DNA from: Candidatus Eremiobacteria bacterium
GTDB lineage: Bacteria > Vulcanimicrobiota > Vulcanimicrobiia > Vulcanimicrobiales > Vulcanimicrobiaceae
Reading direction: 5' to 3'
NCBI GenBank assembly: GCA_963737065.1
Contig: CAVTRC010000001.1
Span: forward strand, 1,984,001 to 2,048,000
DNA: 64,000 bases
A program made the translations under genes and the position numbers. Below, piece by piece: positions 48,526-59,457 of the stretch. Each line of letters starts with the position of its first letter. The first letter of the stretch is position 1. The notes beneath the pieces are model-generated. The model was not told the origin of the DNA. It saw only the letters and a program-made list of their open reading frames with translations, and searched no databases.

Positions 48526-49785
48526 ATGGCAGCGCACGACACCGCGGGTCGCTTCATACCGCGCTCGATCATAAACGCCGGTGCGATCGTATTCGCGGCC
48601 AGTATGCTGCTCAGCGTCGGTGGCTTCGTATTCCATGCGATCGCGAGCCGCCGCTTGAGCGTCGCCGAATACGGCGTGTTGTACGCCTTGATCTCCGTCT
48701 ACAGTTTGGCCGGTATGCCGGTTGCGCCGTTTACGACGGTCATTGCGAAATATGCGGCGGAGTTTCGCGCGCTACATGACGATTCGCACGTCCGTGGCCT
48801 GATCGACTTCATCGTGCGCTTATCGCTACTGTGTGGCGCCGTATACGTAGCTGCCGGCGTTGTTCTTGCGATTCCGCTCGGAGCGTTTCTTCACGTGCCA
48901 GCGTGGCAGCTTCCGCTTGTCGGCATCATGTCGGCAATCGGCGTCTTCGTGGGCGCGATGCGTGCGGTCGGTCAGGGTTTGCAAGACTACACGAACTACG
49001 GCGTCTCGCTCGCGGGCGAAGGGATCACGAAGGTTACCGTCATCGCCATTCTCAGTCTGGCCGGCTTGACCGTGATAGGCGGTATCGGGGCGTTTGTGGT
49101 CGGTATGATGGCCGGAGCGCTCATGATCGCGACGCCGATTGCGCGTCGCTATCGCACCGTCGTCGGCACCTCCGTCAAGCTCGACTGGAAGCGCATTCTC
49201 GCGACGAGCGCCGGCGCCGTGTCGCTGACGATTACAATGACCGTGATCGGCTTCGGCGACGTCGTTCTCGTCAAACATTACTTTCCATCGCACGATGCGG
49301 GCTTGTACTCTATTGCATCACTCTGCGGAAAAGTGCTGTTCTACTTTGTCGGCTTCGTTCCGACCGTCTTGATTCCGCAAGCGACGCATCGTCACGCCCT
49401 CGGCGAGCGAACACGCGGCCAACTCTGGCTCGCGCTCGGATTCGTCGCCGCGGTTGCCGCCATCGGCGTGCTGTTGTATCACGCTGCCGGCAGTGTGCTG
49501 CTCCACGCGCTCGCAGGCCATAACTACGATGCGGCCTTGCCGTTACTTCCGATCTACGCTTCGGCGATGGCGCTCCTTGCTATGACGACCACGATCTGTT
49601 CGTATGGGATCGCGACCCACCGGCTGGGCTTTGCTGCACCATTGTTTGTGGCGACGATCGCGACGCTAGTATTCATCGCGGCGGTTCATCCGTCGATGCA
49701 CGCGGTCGTCTTCGAACTGATGGTTGGCAACGTCGTTATGTTGTTTGCGACGGCGCTGCCCGTTGCGCTCCAAGCTCGTCGTTGA
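48526..49785 (+). CDS. oligosaccharide flippase (Wzx-like, MOP superfamily)
   Basis: About 12 TM helices; IASRRLSVAEYG, GDVVLVKHYF, AGLYSIASLCGK. Confidence 0.78.
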   Translation: MAAHDTAGRFIPRSIINAGAIVFAASMLLSVGGFVFHAIASRRLSVAEYGVLYALISVYSLAGMPVAPFTTVIAKYAAEFRALHDDSHVRGLIDFIVRLSLLCGAVYVAAGVVLAIPLGAFLHVPAWQLPLVGIMSAIGVFVGAMRAVGQGLQDYTNYGVSLAGEGITKVTVIAILSLAGLTVIGGIGAFVVGMMAGALMIATPIARRYRTVVGTSVKLDWKRILATSAGAVSLTITMTVIGFGDVVLVKHYFPSHDAGLYSIASLCGKVLFYFVGFVPTVLIPQATHRHALGERTRGQLWLALGFVAAVAAIGVLLYHAAGSVLLHALAGHNYDAALPLLPIYASAMALLAMTTTICSYGIATHRLGFAAPLFVATIATLVFIAAVHPSMHAVVFELMVGNVVMLFATALPVALQARR

Positions 49786-49792
49786 ACCGCGC

Positions 49793-50671
49793 ATGAAGGT
49801 TTTGCTGATCGGGGGCTCCGGACAACTCGGGTGTGAAATACGCTCTCGTTGGAAATCCGACGTAATCGTCGCGCCGTCGCACGATGAATTGGATGTTGCC
49901 GATGGTGAGGCGGCGCCTCGATGGATCGCAAACGTCGGCGCGGATATCGTCGTTAATTGTGCCGCGTTTCACAATGTCGACCGGTGCGAATCGGAAGTGC
50001 AGGAGGCGTTCGGCATCAACGCGATCGCCGTCGATCGTTGGGCGCGCGCGTGCGCCGGCGCGGGCGCTGCGTTCCTTACGATCAGCACCGATTACGTCTT
50101 CGACGGCGAGAGCGATCAGCCGTACACGGAAGAAGACTGCGACCGTCCGATCTCGGTATACGGCGCATCCAAACGTGCCGGCGAATCGCTCGTGCTGCGA
50201 CGCCGCATGAATGCGTTCATCGTCCGTACGTGCGGGGTCTACGGATTGTCCGCATCGCAATCGAAGGGTACGTTCATCGATCGGATCATCAGTCAAGCGC
50301 GTGCGGGCGACGATATCCGCGTCGTGGATGACGTCGTCGGGTCGCCGACGTACGCCGGGCACCTTGCCGAAGCGCTCCGCGTCCTGGTCGATACGAAGCG
50401 GTATGGGCTCTACCACGCGTGCAACGTCGGCCCGGTATCGTGGTTCGCGTTCGCAACGCGCGCGCTCGAATTTGCCGGAATCGATCGTCCGATCGAGCCG
50501 ATCAGCGGGCGAGATTGGAGGGCGCCGGCGCGCCGGCCGGCGTTTTCCGCGCTCGCGAACACGCGGCTCGAGCGCTTGGGAATTCGAATGCCGAGCTGGG
50601 ATGAAGGCATCGCAGCCTACCTGCGCGACAAGGGCATATTAAGGAAAACCGGCTCACCGCCCGTAAGATAG
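49793..50671 (+). CDS. rfbD: dTDP-4-dehydrorhamnose reductase, copy 2
   Basis: GGSGQLG, NCAAFHNVD, STDYVFDG, PISVYGASK, GSPTY. Confidence 0.88.
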   Translation: MKVLLIGGSGQLGCEIRSRWKSDVIVAPSHDELDVADGEAAPRWIANVGADIVVNCAAFHNVDRCESEVQEAFGINAIAVDRWARACAGAGAAFLTISTDYVFDGESDQPYTEEDCDRPISVYGASKRAGESLVLRRRMNAFIVRTCGVYGLSASQSKGTFIDRIISQARAGDDIRVVDDVVGSPTYAGHLAEALRVLVDTKRYGLYHACNVGPVSWFAFATRALEFAGIDRPIEPISGRDWRAPARRPAFSALANTRLERLGIRMPSWDEGIAAYLRDKGILRKTGSPPVR

Positions 50672-50677
50672 CGGGCT

Positions 50678-52243
50678 ATGGAACTCCGTCTCGACTCGGC
50701 CATCGTGCACCGGTGCCGCGAACTCGCTGCGTCGATCGCCGATCCCGTCAGCTCGTTTATCGCCGGCCATTCGACCGTCGCCGTCGAACGCTCGGTCCTT
50801 CGTTTGCTCGGCGTCGACGGCGTTGCTGCCGACGAAGTCCCGATTCCGAACGCAATCGTCGACAGCCTTACGGTCGACGAACGAAGCGATGGCGTCGCGA
50901 TCGCGTTCGGTCGCGCATTGGCCGAGACGGGGCTCGATCCGCGAACTCTCGGCGATCGCCTCGCTTCGGGTGCGCTTCGGCTGAGCGAGTTTTCGAACGT
51001 GCCCGGCGGCGCGGCGCGCGGGGCGCTTGGGCCGTATGTCGAGGCCGCACTGCAACGAATCCGCGCCCGGCGCGGCGAGCGGGAAGAACGGATGGCGCGA
51101 TTGCCGCAGCTGCCGCCGCCCTTGCTCTACGTGATCGTCGCGAGCGGCAATATATATGAAGATCGAACGGCGGCCGTCGCCGCGGTCGAAGCCGGCGCGC
51201 AGATCATCGCGGTGATCCGTTCCACCGGGCAGTCGTTGTTGGATTTCGTGCCGTACGGACCGACGACGGAAGGATTCGGCGGCACGTATGCCACGCAGGC
51301 GAACTTTAAGATCATGCGCGAGGCACTCGACGGCATTTCCGAGCGCGAAGGCCGCTACGTCATGCTCACCAACTATGCGAGCGGACTTTGCATGCCGGAG
51401 ATCGCCACGATGGCGGCCGTGGAACGGCTCGACATGCTCCTCAACGATTCGATGTACGGCATTCTTTTCCGCGACATCAACATGAAACGTACCTTCATCG
51501 ATCAGCACTTCAGCCGCATGTTGAACGCGCACTCCGGCATCATCATCAACACCGGTGAAGATAACTATCTGACGACGGCCGATGCGGTGGAACAAGCGCC
51601 CGCGGTCCTTGCGTCCCAGTTCATCAACGAAGAGTTCGCGCACCGCGCCGGCATGCCCGACGAACAAATCGGCCTCGGTGATGCGTACGAGATCAATCCC
51701 GATGTACAAGACGGTTTGCTGTATCAGGTTGCGCAAGCGCAGCTCGCGCGCCAGATCTTCCCAAAGGCTCCCTTGAAATACATGCCGCCGACGAAACATA
51801 TGACCGGCGATATTTTCAAAGGGCATCTGATCGACGCGATGTTCAACCTGACATCCGTGATGACGAAACAGACGATTCACCTGTGCGGGATGCTAACGGA
51901 AGCAATTCACACGCCGTTCATCGGCGACCGTACGCTTTCGATCGAAAATGCGCAGTACATCATGAACACCGCGCGTCACTTCGGCGATGAAATCACGTTC
52001 AAGCCGGACGGCATCATCGAACGTCGCGCGCAAGCCGTGCTCTCCGATTGCGAGTCGCTGCTGCATCGCGTCGCCGATATGGGGTTGATGAACGCGATCC
52101 AGGCAGCCGTGTTCGCGGACGTGTCGCGATCGCCCGACGGCGGCCGCGGGTTCGAAGGCGTATTCGAACGCAGCGAGCGCTATTGGAATCCGTTCGAAGA
52201 CGCCTTGTCGCAGACGCCGGTCCGGGACACGGTGACCGCATGA
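50678..52243 (+). CDS. kamD: lysine 5,6-aminomutase alpha subunit
   Basis: STVAVERSVLRLLG, YVIVASGNIYED, IRSTGQSLLD, EGFGGTYATQ, NYASGLCMPEIA, NTGEDNY, KYMPPTK. Confidence 0.93.
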   Translation: MELRLDSAIVHRCRELAASIADPVSSFIAGHSTVAVERSVLRLLGVDGVAADEVPIPNAIVDSLTVDERSDGVAIAFGRALAETGLDPRTLGDRLASGALRLSEFSNVPGGAARGALGPYVEAALQRIRARRGEREERMARLPQLPPPLLYVIVASGNIYEDRTAAVAAVEAGAQIIAVIRSTGQSLLDFVPYGPTTEGFGGTYATQANFKIMREALDGISEREGRYVMLTNYASGLCMPEIATMAAVERLDMLLNDSMYGILFRDINMKRTFIDQHFSRMLNAHSGIIINTGEDNYLTTADAVEQAPAVLASQFINEEFAHRAGMPDEQIGLGDAYEINPDVQDGLLYQVAQAQLARQIFPKAPLKYMPPTKHMTGDIFKGHLIDAMFNLTSVMTKQTIHLCGMLTEAIHTPFIGDRTLSIENAQYIMNTARHFGDEITFKPDGIIERRAQAVLSDCESLLHRVADMGLMNAIQAAVFADVSRSPDGGRGFEGVFERSERYWNPFEDALSQTPVRDTVTA

Positions 52244-52986
52244 CCGGCATTGTGAAGCCGTACGGTGACACGATGAACGACGGCAAAGTGCAACTGTCGT
52301 TCACGTTGCCGGTGGAGTGGAATGAAGCGGCGGACGAAGCGGCGCGTCAGCTCGCGACGAAAATGGGATTCGCCGACGCGCAAGTCGTAGAGGGGCGTAA
52401 GATCGCAACCGGCTTCTCGTTCTTCGTCGTGTACGCAAGCACGGCGCAAGGCGTCGACTTCTCGACGATCAAGGCACCGTCGGCCAAGACGCACGAGATG
52501 TCGATGGAAGAGATCGATGCGTTCGTGCACGATCGGATCGGCCGCAAGATTCGCATCGCGGGCGCATGCATCGGAACCGACGCGCACACCGTCGGCATCG
52601 ATGCCATTCTGAACATGAAGGGCTACAAGGGCGACTACGGGCTCGAGCGTTATCATTCGTTCGAAACGTTCAATCTCGGCAGTCAAGTGGCGGTTGAAGA
52701 GTTCGTGAAGTTCGCCAAGGAACACGCCGTCGATGCGCTGCTCGCCTCGCAAGTGGTCACGCAAAAAGGCAGCGACATCAAGAATTTCACGGCGCTCGCG
52801 GAACTGCTCGAAGCGGAGCGATTGCGCGATAAGGTGATACTGATCTGCGGCGGACCGCGCGTCACGAATTTAATGGCGAGCGAACTCGGATACGACGCAG
52901 GCTTCGGACGCGGAACCGTCCCGAGCGAAGTTGCGGCATTCGTGGCGACGACGCTTGCGGGACGGGTGACGGCTGGTAGCCAATAA
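52240..52986 (+). CDS. kamE: lysine 5,6-aminomutase beta subunit (AdoCbl/PLP binding)
   Basis: VKPYGDTMNDGKVQLSFTLP; DAHTVG (DxHxxG); NMKG..G.YGLERY; LGYDAGFG. Confidence 0.93.
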   Translation: MTGIVKPYGDTMNDGKVQLSFTLPVEWNEAADEAARQLATKMGFADAQVVEGRKIATGFSFFVVYASTAQGVDFSTIKAPSAKTHEMSMEEIDAFVHDRIGRKIRIAGACIGTDAHTVGIDAILNMKGYKGDYGLERYHSFETFNLGSQVAVEEFVKFAKEHAVDALLASQVVTQKGSDIKNFTALAELLEAERLRDKVILICGGPRVTNLMASELGYDAGFGRGTVPSEVAAFVATTLAGRVTAGSQ

Positions 52987-52995
52987 CGTCGCACC

Positions 52996-54658
<1,663 letters not shown>

Positions 54659-54662
54659 CTCG

Positions 54663-55592
54663 GTGCGCGCGCTCGTCACCGGCGCGACGGGCTTTGTCGG
54701 AACGTATCTTACGAACGCGTTGCAGGCGCGAGGCGATGAAGTTTTTGCTTGCGGCGGACCGCATGACGCGGATGTATTTCCGCTCGACGTTGCTGACGCG
54801 TCGACGATTCGGGCGGCGCTCGACCTCGCAAGGCCGGACGTCGTCTTTCACCTTGCGGCGCAGACCTTCGTTCCCGATTCACTCCAGACGCCGCAAGCAA
54901 CGTATGACACGAACGTGATCGGTACGGCGAACGTCGCGCGCGCTATTCGCGACTTCGCAGAGACCGAACGCATGCCGCGCCTCGTCTTCACGAGTTCGGC
55001 GGAGGTCTACGGCAAACAGCCCGAAACAGCGTTTCCGCTGCGTGAGACGACGCCGGCATCCCCCGCAAACCCGTACGCCGCCAGTAAAGCTGCCGCCGAA
55101 ATGGTGCTGCTCGGTGAAGCGTCGTCATTCGGGCTGGATGCGGTGATTGCGCGCGCATTCAACCACATCGGACCAGGACAAAACGAGCGATTCGTCGTGA
55201 GCAATTTCGCGGCGCAGCTCGCGCGAATCGCGCGTGGAGGCGATCCGATCCTCTACGTCGGAAACCTCGACGCCAAACGCGATTTCCTCGACGTCCGCGA
55301 CGTCGTTCGCGCGTACGTCGCGCTGGCGAGCGATGGGCTTGCCGGCGAAGTGTACAACGTCTGCAGCGGTGCCGCATATCCCATCCGCGACGTTTTGCGC
55401 GAACTGATTATTGCGGCGCACGCTCCCGTTGAGGTCCGTGAAGATCCGGCGCGGATGCGGCCGTCGGACATTCCGTTGTTCATCGGCGATAACACGAAGC
55501 TGCGCGCGGCGACGGGCTGGGAACCGGAGATTGCCTTTCGCACGTCGATTCGGGACATCTATGAAGCTGCGTATCGGATCGGCACTGCCTGA
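54663..55592 (+). CDS. rmd: GDP-4-keto-6-deoxy-D-mannose reductase-like SDR (GDP-D-rhamnose route)
   Basis: TGATGFVG, HLAAQTFV, SSAEVYG, NPYAASK, RAFNHIGPGQ, GNLDAKRDFLDVRDVV; directly after gmd. Confidence 0.78.
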   Translation: MRALVTGATGFVGTYLTNALQARGDEVFACGGPHDADVFPLDVADASTIRAALDLARPDVVFHLAAQTFVPDSLQTPQATYDTNVIGTANVARAIRDFAETERMPRLVFTSSAEVYGKQPETAFPLRETTPASPANPYAASKAAAEMVLLGEASSFGLDAVIARAFNHIGPGQNERFVVSNFAAQLARIARGGDPILYVGNLDAKRDFLDVRDVVRAYVALASDGLAGEVYNVCSGAAYPIRDVLRELIIAAHAPVEVREDPARMRPSDIPLFIGDNTKLRAATGWEPEIAFRTSIRDIYEAAYRIGTA

Positions 55593-55630
55593 TCCTCCGT
55601 TCGAATTCCGCGACGGCTCCGCACATAAAT
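55561..55630 (+). pseudogene. possible 5' remnant of an ABC-type substrate-binding protein gene
   Basis: ATG 55561 encodes MKLRIGSALPDPPFEF, resembling SBP family 3 N-termini from memory; similarity is lost immediately after. Confidence 0.3.
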
Positions 55631-55717
55631 GGAGGTTGACGACGGATGAGCCGTGGCGCCGCGTCTACTTGCGCTTGCAGCGGGAAGCGTTCCGCCGTTC
55701 GTCGCAACCGCAACATC

Positions 55718-56317
55718 ATGATCGACCCACGCAACGAAGAATTTCAAGCACTCGTTTTCAAAAACCGCGGTGCGCTGCTTTCGATTCCCGCGGCGATTCT
55801 TGCGGCATTCGGAAGGCCGAGCGCGACGAGCGTGGCCGTCGGTCTGCCCCTTGCAATCGCGGGTGAAATCGTTCGCTGTTGGGCCGTCGGATATTCAGGC
55901 GTAACGACGCGCGGCGACGTGGTCGAAGCGCCGAAGCTCATTACGGCCGGACCGTACGCGCACGTTCGCAATCCGCTCTACGTCGGAAACTTCATCACGG
56001 CGCTCGGCTTTTCGATTGCTTTTACGGGGAAGAACTCGTTCGCGCAAAAGCTCGCGCTGATCGGCGGTTCGCTCGGCATAATGGCCGGCGTGTATTCGAC
56101 GATCATTCCGCATGAAGAGCAATTCTTGCGTTCGCAATTCGGCGAAGATTTCGACCGGTATTGCGAGCGCGTACCTGCGCTCGTTCCGCAAAGGGAAGCA
56201 GCAAACGATCCGCAAGGTCAATGGGACTCCAACGTGATCAAAGACGCGGAAACGCGCACGTTCGCAACGTTCGGAGCGATGTTTGGCGTGCTGATTTTCA
56301 AGACACTTCGTACGTGA
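55718..56317 (+). CDS. isoprenylcysteine carboxylmethyltransferase (ICMT/PEMT) family membrane methyltransferase
   Basis: GEIVRCWAVGY, LITAGPYAHVRNPLYVGN, EEQFLRSQFGEDF..Y...VP. Confidence 0.85.
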   Translation: MIDPRNEEFQALVFKNRGALLSIPAAILAAFGRPSATSVAVGLPLAIAGEIVRCWAVGYSGVTTRGDVVEAPKLITAGPYAHVRNPLYVGNFITALGFSIAFTGKNSFAQKLALIGGSLGIMAGVYSTIIPHEEQFLRSQFGEDFDRYCERVPALVPQREAANDPQGQWDSNVIKDAETRTFATFGAMFGVLIFKTLRT

Positions 56318-56321
56318 GCGC

Positions 56322-57212
56322 ATGTCGTCGCAGAGCCGGCTCGCTCTCGCTCTAACGCTCGCGACCGGCGTTGCGGCTCTCGAGTTTTGGGGCGGCGCCG
56401 CTTCGCATAGCATTGCGTTGCTCACCGACGCCGTGCACGTCTGCATGGACGTCTTCGCACTTGGGATCGCATTAATGGCGGCGATCGGGGCGACCCGTCC
56501 GGCAAATCGTCGAAAGACGTTTGGGTATGGACGCATCGAAGTGCTCGGAGCACTCTTCAACGGTGCGCTCTTGTTCGGCGCGACGCTCTTCCTCATCTAC
56601 GAAGCGGTCCGGCGGTTTAGTTCACCCGTTGAACCGCACGGTTTGCTGATGACATGGGTAGCGGCAATCGGTTTTGTCGTCAATCTCGGCATCGGGCTGA
56701 CGCTCTCGCACGATCACAGCAAGAATTTGAACGTGCGTGCGGCGCTGTTCCACGTTGTCGGCGATGCGCTTGGGGCGTTCGCGGTCATCGTCGGCGGTGC
56801 GCTCATCATCGCGACGCATGCGGCGTGGATCGATCCGCTACTCTCGCTCTTCGTTGCCTGCATTATCATCGCGGGCGTGATCCGCGTGCTGCGCGACGCG
56901 GCCGACGTGTTGCTCGAAGCCGTGCCCGCCGGCATCGACGCGACGGATGTCGAGCGGCAAATGCTCGGCATCGCCGGTATCGATGCGGTCCACGATTTAC
57001 ACATCTGGACAATTGGAGCAAGCTCGCATGCTTTATCCGCGCACGTGTTGCTCGACGAGCCGCGTCTTCAGCAAGGACCGCAGGTGCTCGAACGGCTGCG
57101 GGTGCTGCTTGAGCAACGGTATGGAATCGGGCACATAACCGTTCAGCTAGAGGCGGAACACTGTGATCCCGGTGGTATCATCATTTGCCGCCCCGACCGC
57201 GCTTCAGACTAA
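56322..57212 (+). CDS. cation diffusion facilitator (CzcD/ZitB-like)
   Basis: SIALLTDAVH, TFGYGRIEVL, NVRAALFHVVGDALG, VHDLHIW, HITVQLE. Confidence 0.92.
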   Translation: MSSQSRLALALTLATGVAALEFWGGAASHSIALLTDAVHVCMDVFALGIALMAAIGATRPANRRKTFGYGRIEVLGALFNGALLFGATLFLIYEAVRRFSSPVEPHGLLMTWVAAIGFVVNLGIGLTLSHDHSKNLNVRAALFHVVGDALGAFAVIVGGALIIATHAAWIDPLLSLFVACIIIAGVIRVLRDAADVLLEAVPAGIDATDVERQMLGIAGIDAVHDLHIWTIGASSHALSAHVLLDEPRLQQGPQVLERLRVLLEQRYGIGHITVQLEAEHCDPGGIIICRPDRASD

Positions 57213-57257
57213 AGTCAGGAAGTAAAGGCTGAACCCGTCCCGAAGCCGAGGCGGGTT

Positions 57258-58602
57258 ATGAGTCCCATGACTTCCAATGCCGTTGTTCTTTCCACCGCCC
57301 GAACGCCATTCGGAAAACTCGGAGGTGCGCTTTCGTCGCTCGAGGCCACGACGCTCGGTGCTCTGGCGCTCATCGGTGCGCTCCGTCGCGCGGGCATCGA
57401 TCCTTCGGAAATCGAGCATCTGATTTTCGGCGAGGTGTTGCAAGCCGGCGTCGGTCAGAATCCGGCGCGGCAGGTGCTCTTCAAGACCGGCCTAGCGAAA
57501 ACGACGACGGCTGAAACGGTCAACAAAGTTTGCGCGTCGGGATTGCTCTCCGTTGCGAATGCGATGCGCTTGATCAACGCGGGCGCGAACTCCGTTGTTG
57601 CAGCCGGCGGCATGGAATCAATGTCCAACGCGCCGTATCTGCTCAAAGACGCGCGCTTCGGCTATCGGTTCGGCGACGGCAAGCTTATCGACGCGATGAT
57701 CAACGACGGGCTCTGGGACGCGTATTTCCCGATGGCGATGTCGACGCAGGGAAGCATCGTCGCAAACGAATTCGGCATGACGCGCGAAGAGCAAGATGCC
57801 TTTGCGTACGAAAGCCATCGTCGCGCGCACGCGACGCACGAAGCCGGCAACTTCGCCGGCGAAATCGTGCCGGTGAAAGTTGCGACGAAAGCGCGCGGTA
57901 AGGCTGTGCTCGACGAGCTTCCGCAACTCGCGAAGGTGCGCGTCCCCGCAATGGCGGGCGGCGGTGCGAGCAACGTATGGGATCACACGCCGTCCGAACA
58001 GTTCACGTTCGAGTACGCGAAGTGGGCGCCGTTCCTGACCGGTGACGCGCCGTACTCCCTCGTCGATCGCGACGAACCGGTTCGCGCCGATGCGAGCCTG
58101 GAAGCGATGGCGAAGCTAAAGCCGCTCGAGCCGGGTGGCACGGTTTCGGCCGCAAACGCGCCCGGAGTGAACGACGGAGCCGCTGCGCTCGATCATGGCC
58201 GACGCGCACTACGCGAAAGAACGCGGCTATGAGGCGATTGCGACGGTGCTCGATCATGCGACCGTCGGCTGGGACTCGCCGTACATTTGTATGACGCCCG
58301 CGATGGCCGCACAGAAACTGCTCGACAAGAACGGCCTCTCTACGAACGACATTCACGTGTGGGAGATCAACGAAGCCTTCTCCGCAGTCGCAATTACGTC
58401 GGCACGGAATCTGGGAATCGGCGAAGAGAATATCAATAAATATGGCGGTGCCGTCGCGATGGGACACCCGATCGGCGCCTCCGGAGCGCGTATCGTCGGC
58501 ACGCTGATCAATCAACTGCGCAAGCGCGGCGGCGGTTACGGCATTGCATCGATCTGCTCCGGTGGCGGACAAGGCGATGCGCTATTAGTGAAAGCCGGCT
58601 AA
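57258..58602 (+). CDS. acetyl-CoA C-acyltransferase (thiolase); frameshift at ~58191; ~50-aa loop insertion
   Basis: NKVCASGL, GGMESMS, NDGAAA then shifted frame EINEAF, GHPIGASG, SICSGGGQG. Confidence 0.92.
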
Positions 58603-58617
58603 GGTGTCGTCTCGCGT

Positions 58618-59457
58618 ATGAAGATCGCCGTGATCGGTGCCGGACAGATGGGGTCCGGCATCGCACAGGTTGCCGCGCAGAGCGGTCACGACGTTCTTCT
58701 CAACGACCGCGCTCCCGAATATATCGAGCGCGGTCTCGCCGTTATCGCGAAGAATCTAAACCGGTCGGTCGAGAAAGGCAAACTCGATGCCGGCGAACGC
58801 GACTCGATGCTCGCGCGCATTCATCCGCACCCGGCGCTCGAACCGCTCGACGTCGACATAGCGATCGAAGCGGCCACGGAACATCTCGAAACCAAGCTCG
58901 AGCTGTTTCGCATGCTGGATGCCGCAACGCCGCACAAGACGATTCTCGCAAGCAATACCTCGTCGATTTCGATCACGCTTCTCGGCGGTGCGACAACGCG
59001 CGGCGAGCGCGTTATCGGAATGCACTTCATGAATCCGGTGCCGGTGATGCAGCTCGTCGAAATCATCCGCGGCATTGCAACGTCGCAAGAGGCGTACGAC
59101 TTCACGGAGTCACTTGCAAAACAGATGGGGAAAACGCCCGTCGAAGTTCGTGATTTTCCCGGATTCGTTTCGAACCGCGTGCTGATGCCGATGATCAACG
59201 AAGCGATCTATGCGCTCTATGAAGGCGTCGGCTCCATTGAGGCGATCGATACGGTCATGAAACTCGGCATGAACCATCCGATGGGCCCGCTGACGCTTGC
59301 AGATTTCATCGGGCTCGATACGTGCCTCGCAATCATGGACGTTCTCCACGACGGATTCGCCGACTCGAAGTATCGTCCGTGCCCGCTCCTCAAGCAATAC
59401 GTCGCCGCGGGCTGGCTCGGGCGCAAGAGCGGACGAGGTTTTTATACGTACGCATGA
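58618..59457 (+). CDS. hbd: 3-hydroxybutyryl-CoA dehydrogenase
   Basis: GAGQMGSGIA, ASNTSSIS, GMHFMNPVP, NHPMGPL, LGRKSGRGFY. Confidence 0.92.
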   Translation: MKIAVIGAGQMGSGIAQVAAQSGHDVLLNDRAPEYIERGLAVIAKNLNRSVEKGKLDAGERDSMLARIHPHPALEPLDVDIAIEAATEHLETKLELFRMLDAATPHKTILASNTSSISITLLGGATTRGERVIGMHFMNPVPVMQLVEIIRGIATSQEAYDFTESLAKQMGKTPVEVRDFPGFVSNRVLMPMINEAIYALYEGVGSIEAIDTVMKLGMNHPMGPLTLADFIGLDTCLAIMDVLHDGFADSKYRPCPLLKQYVAAGWLGRKSGRGFYTYA

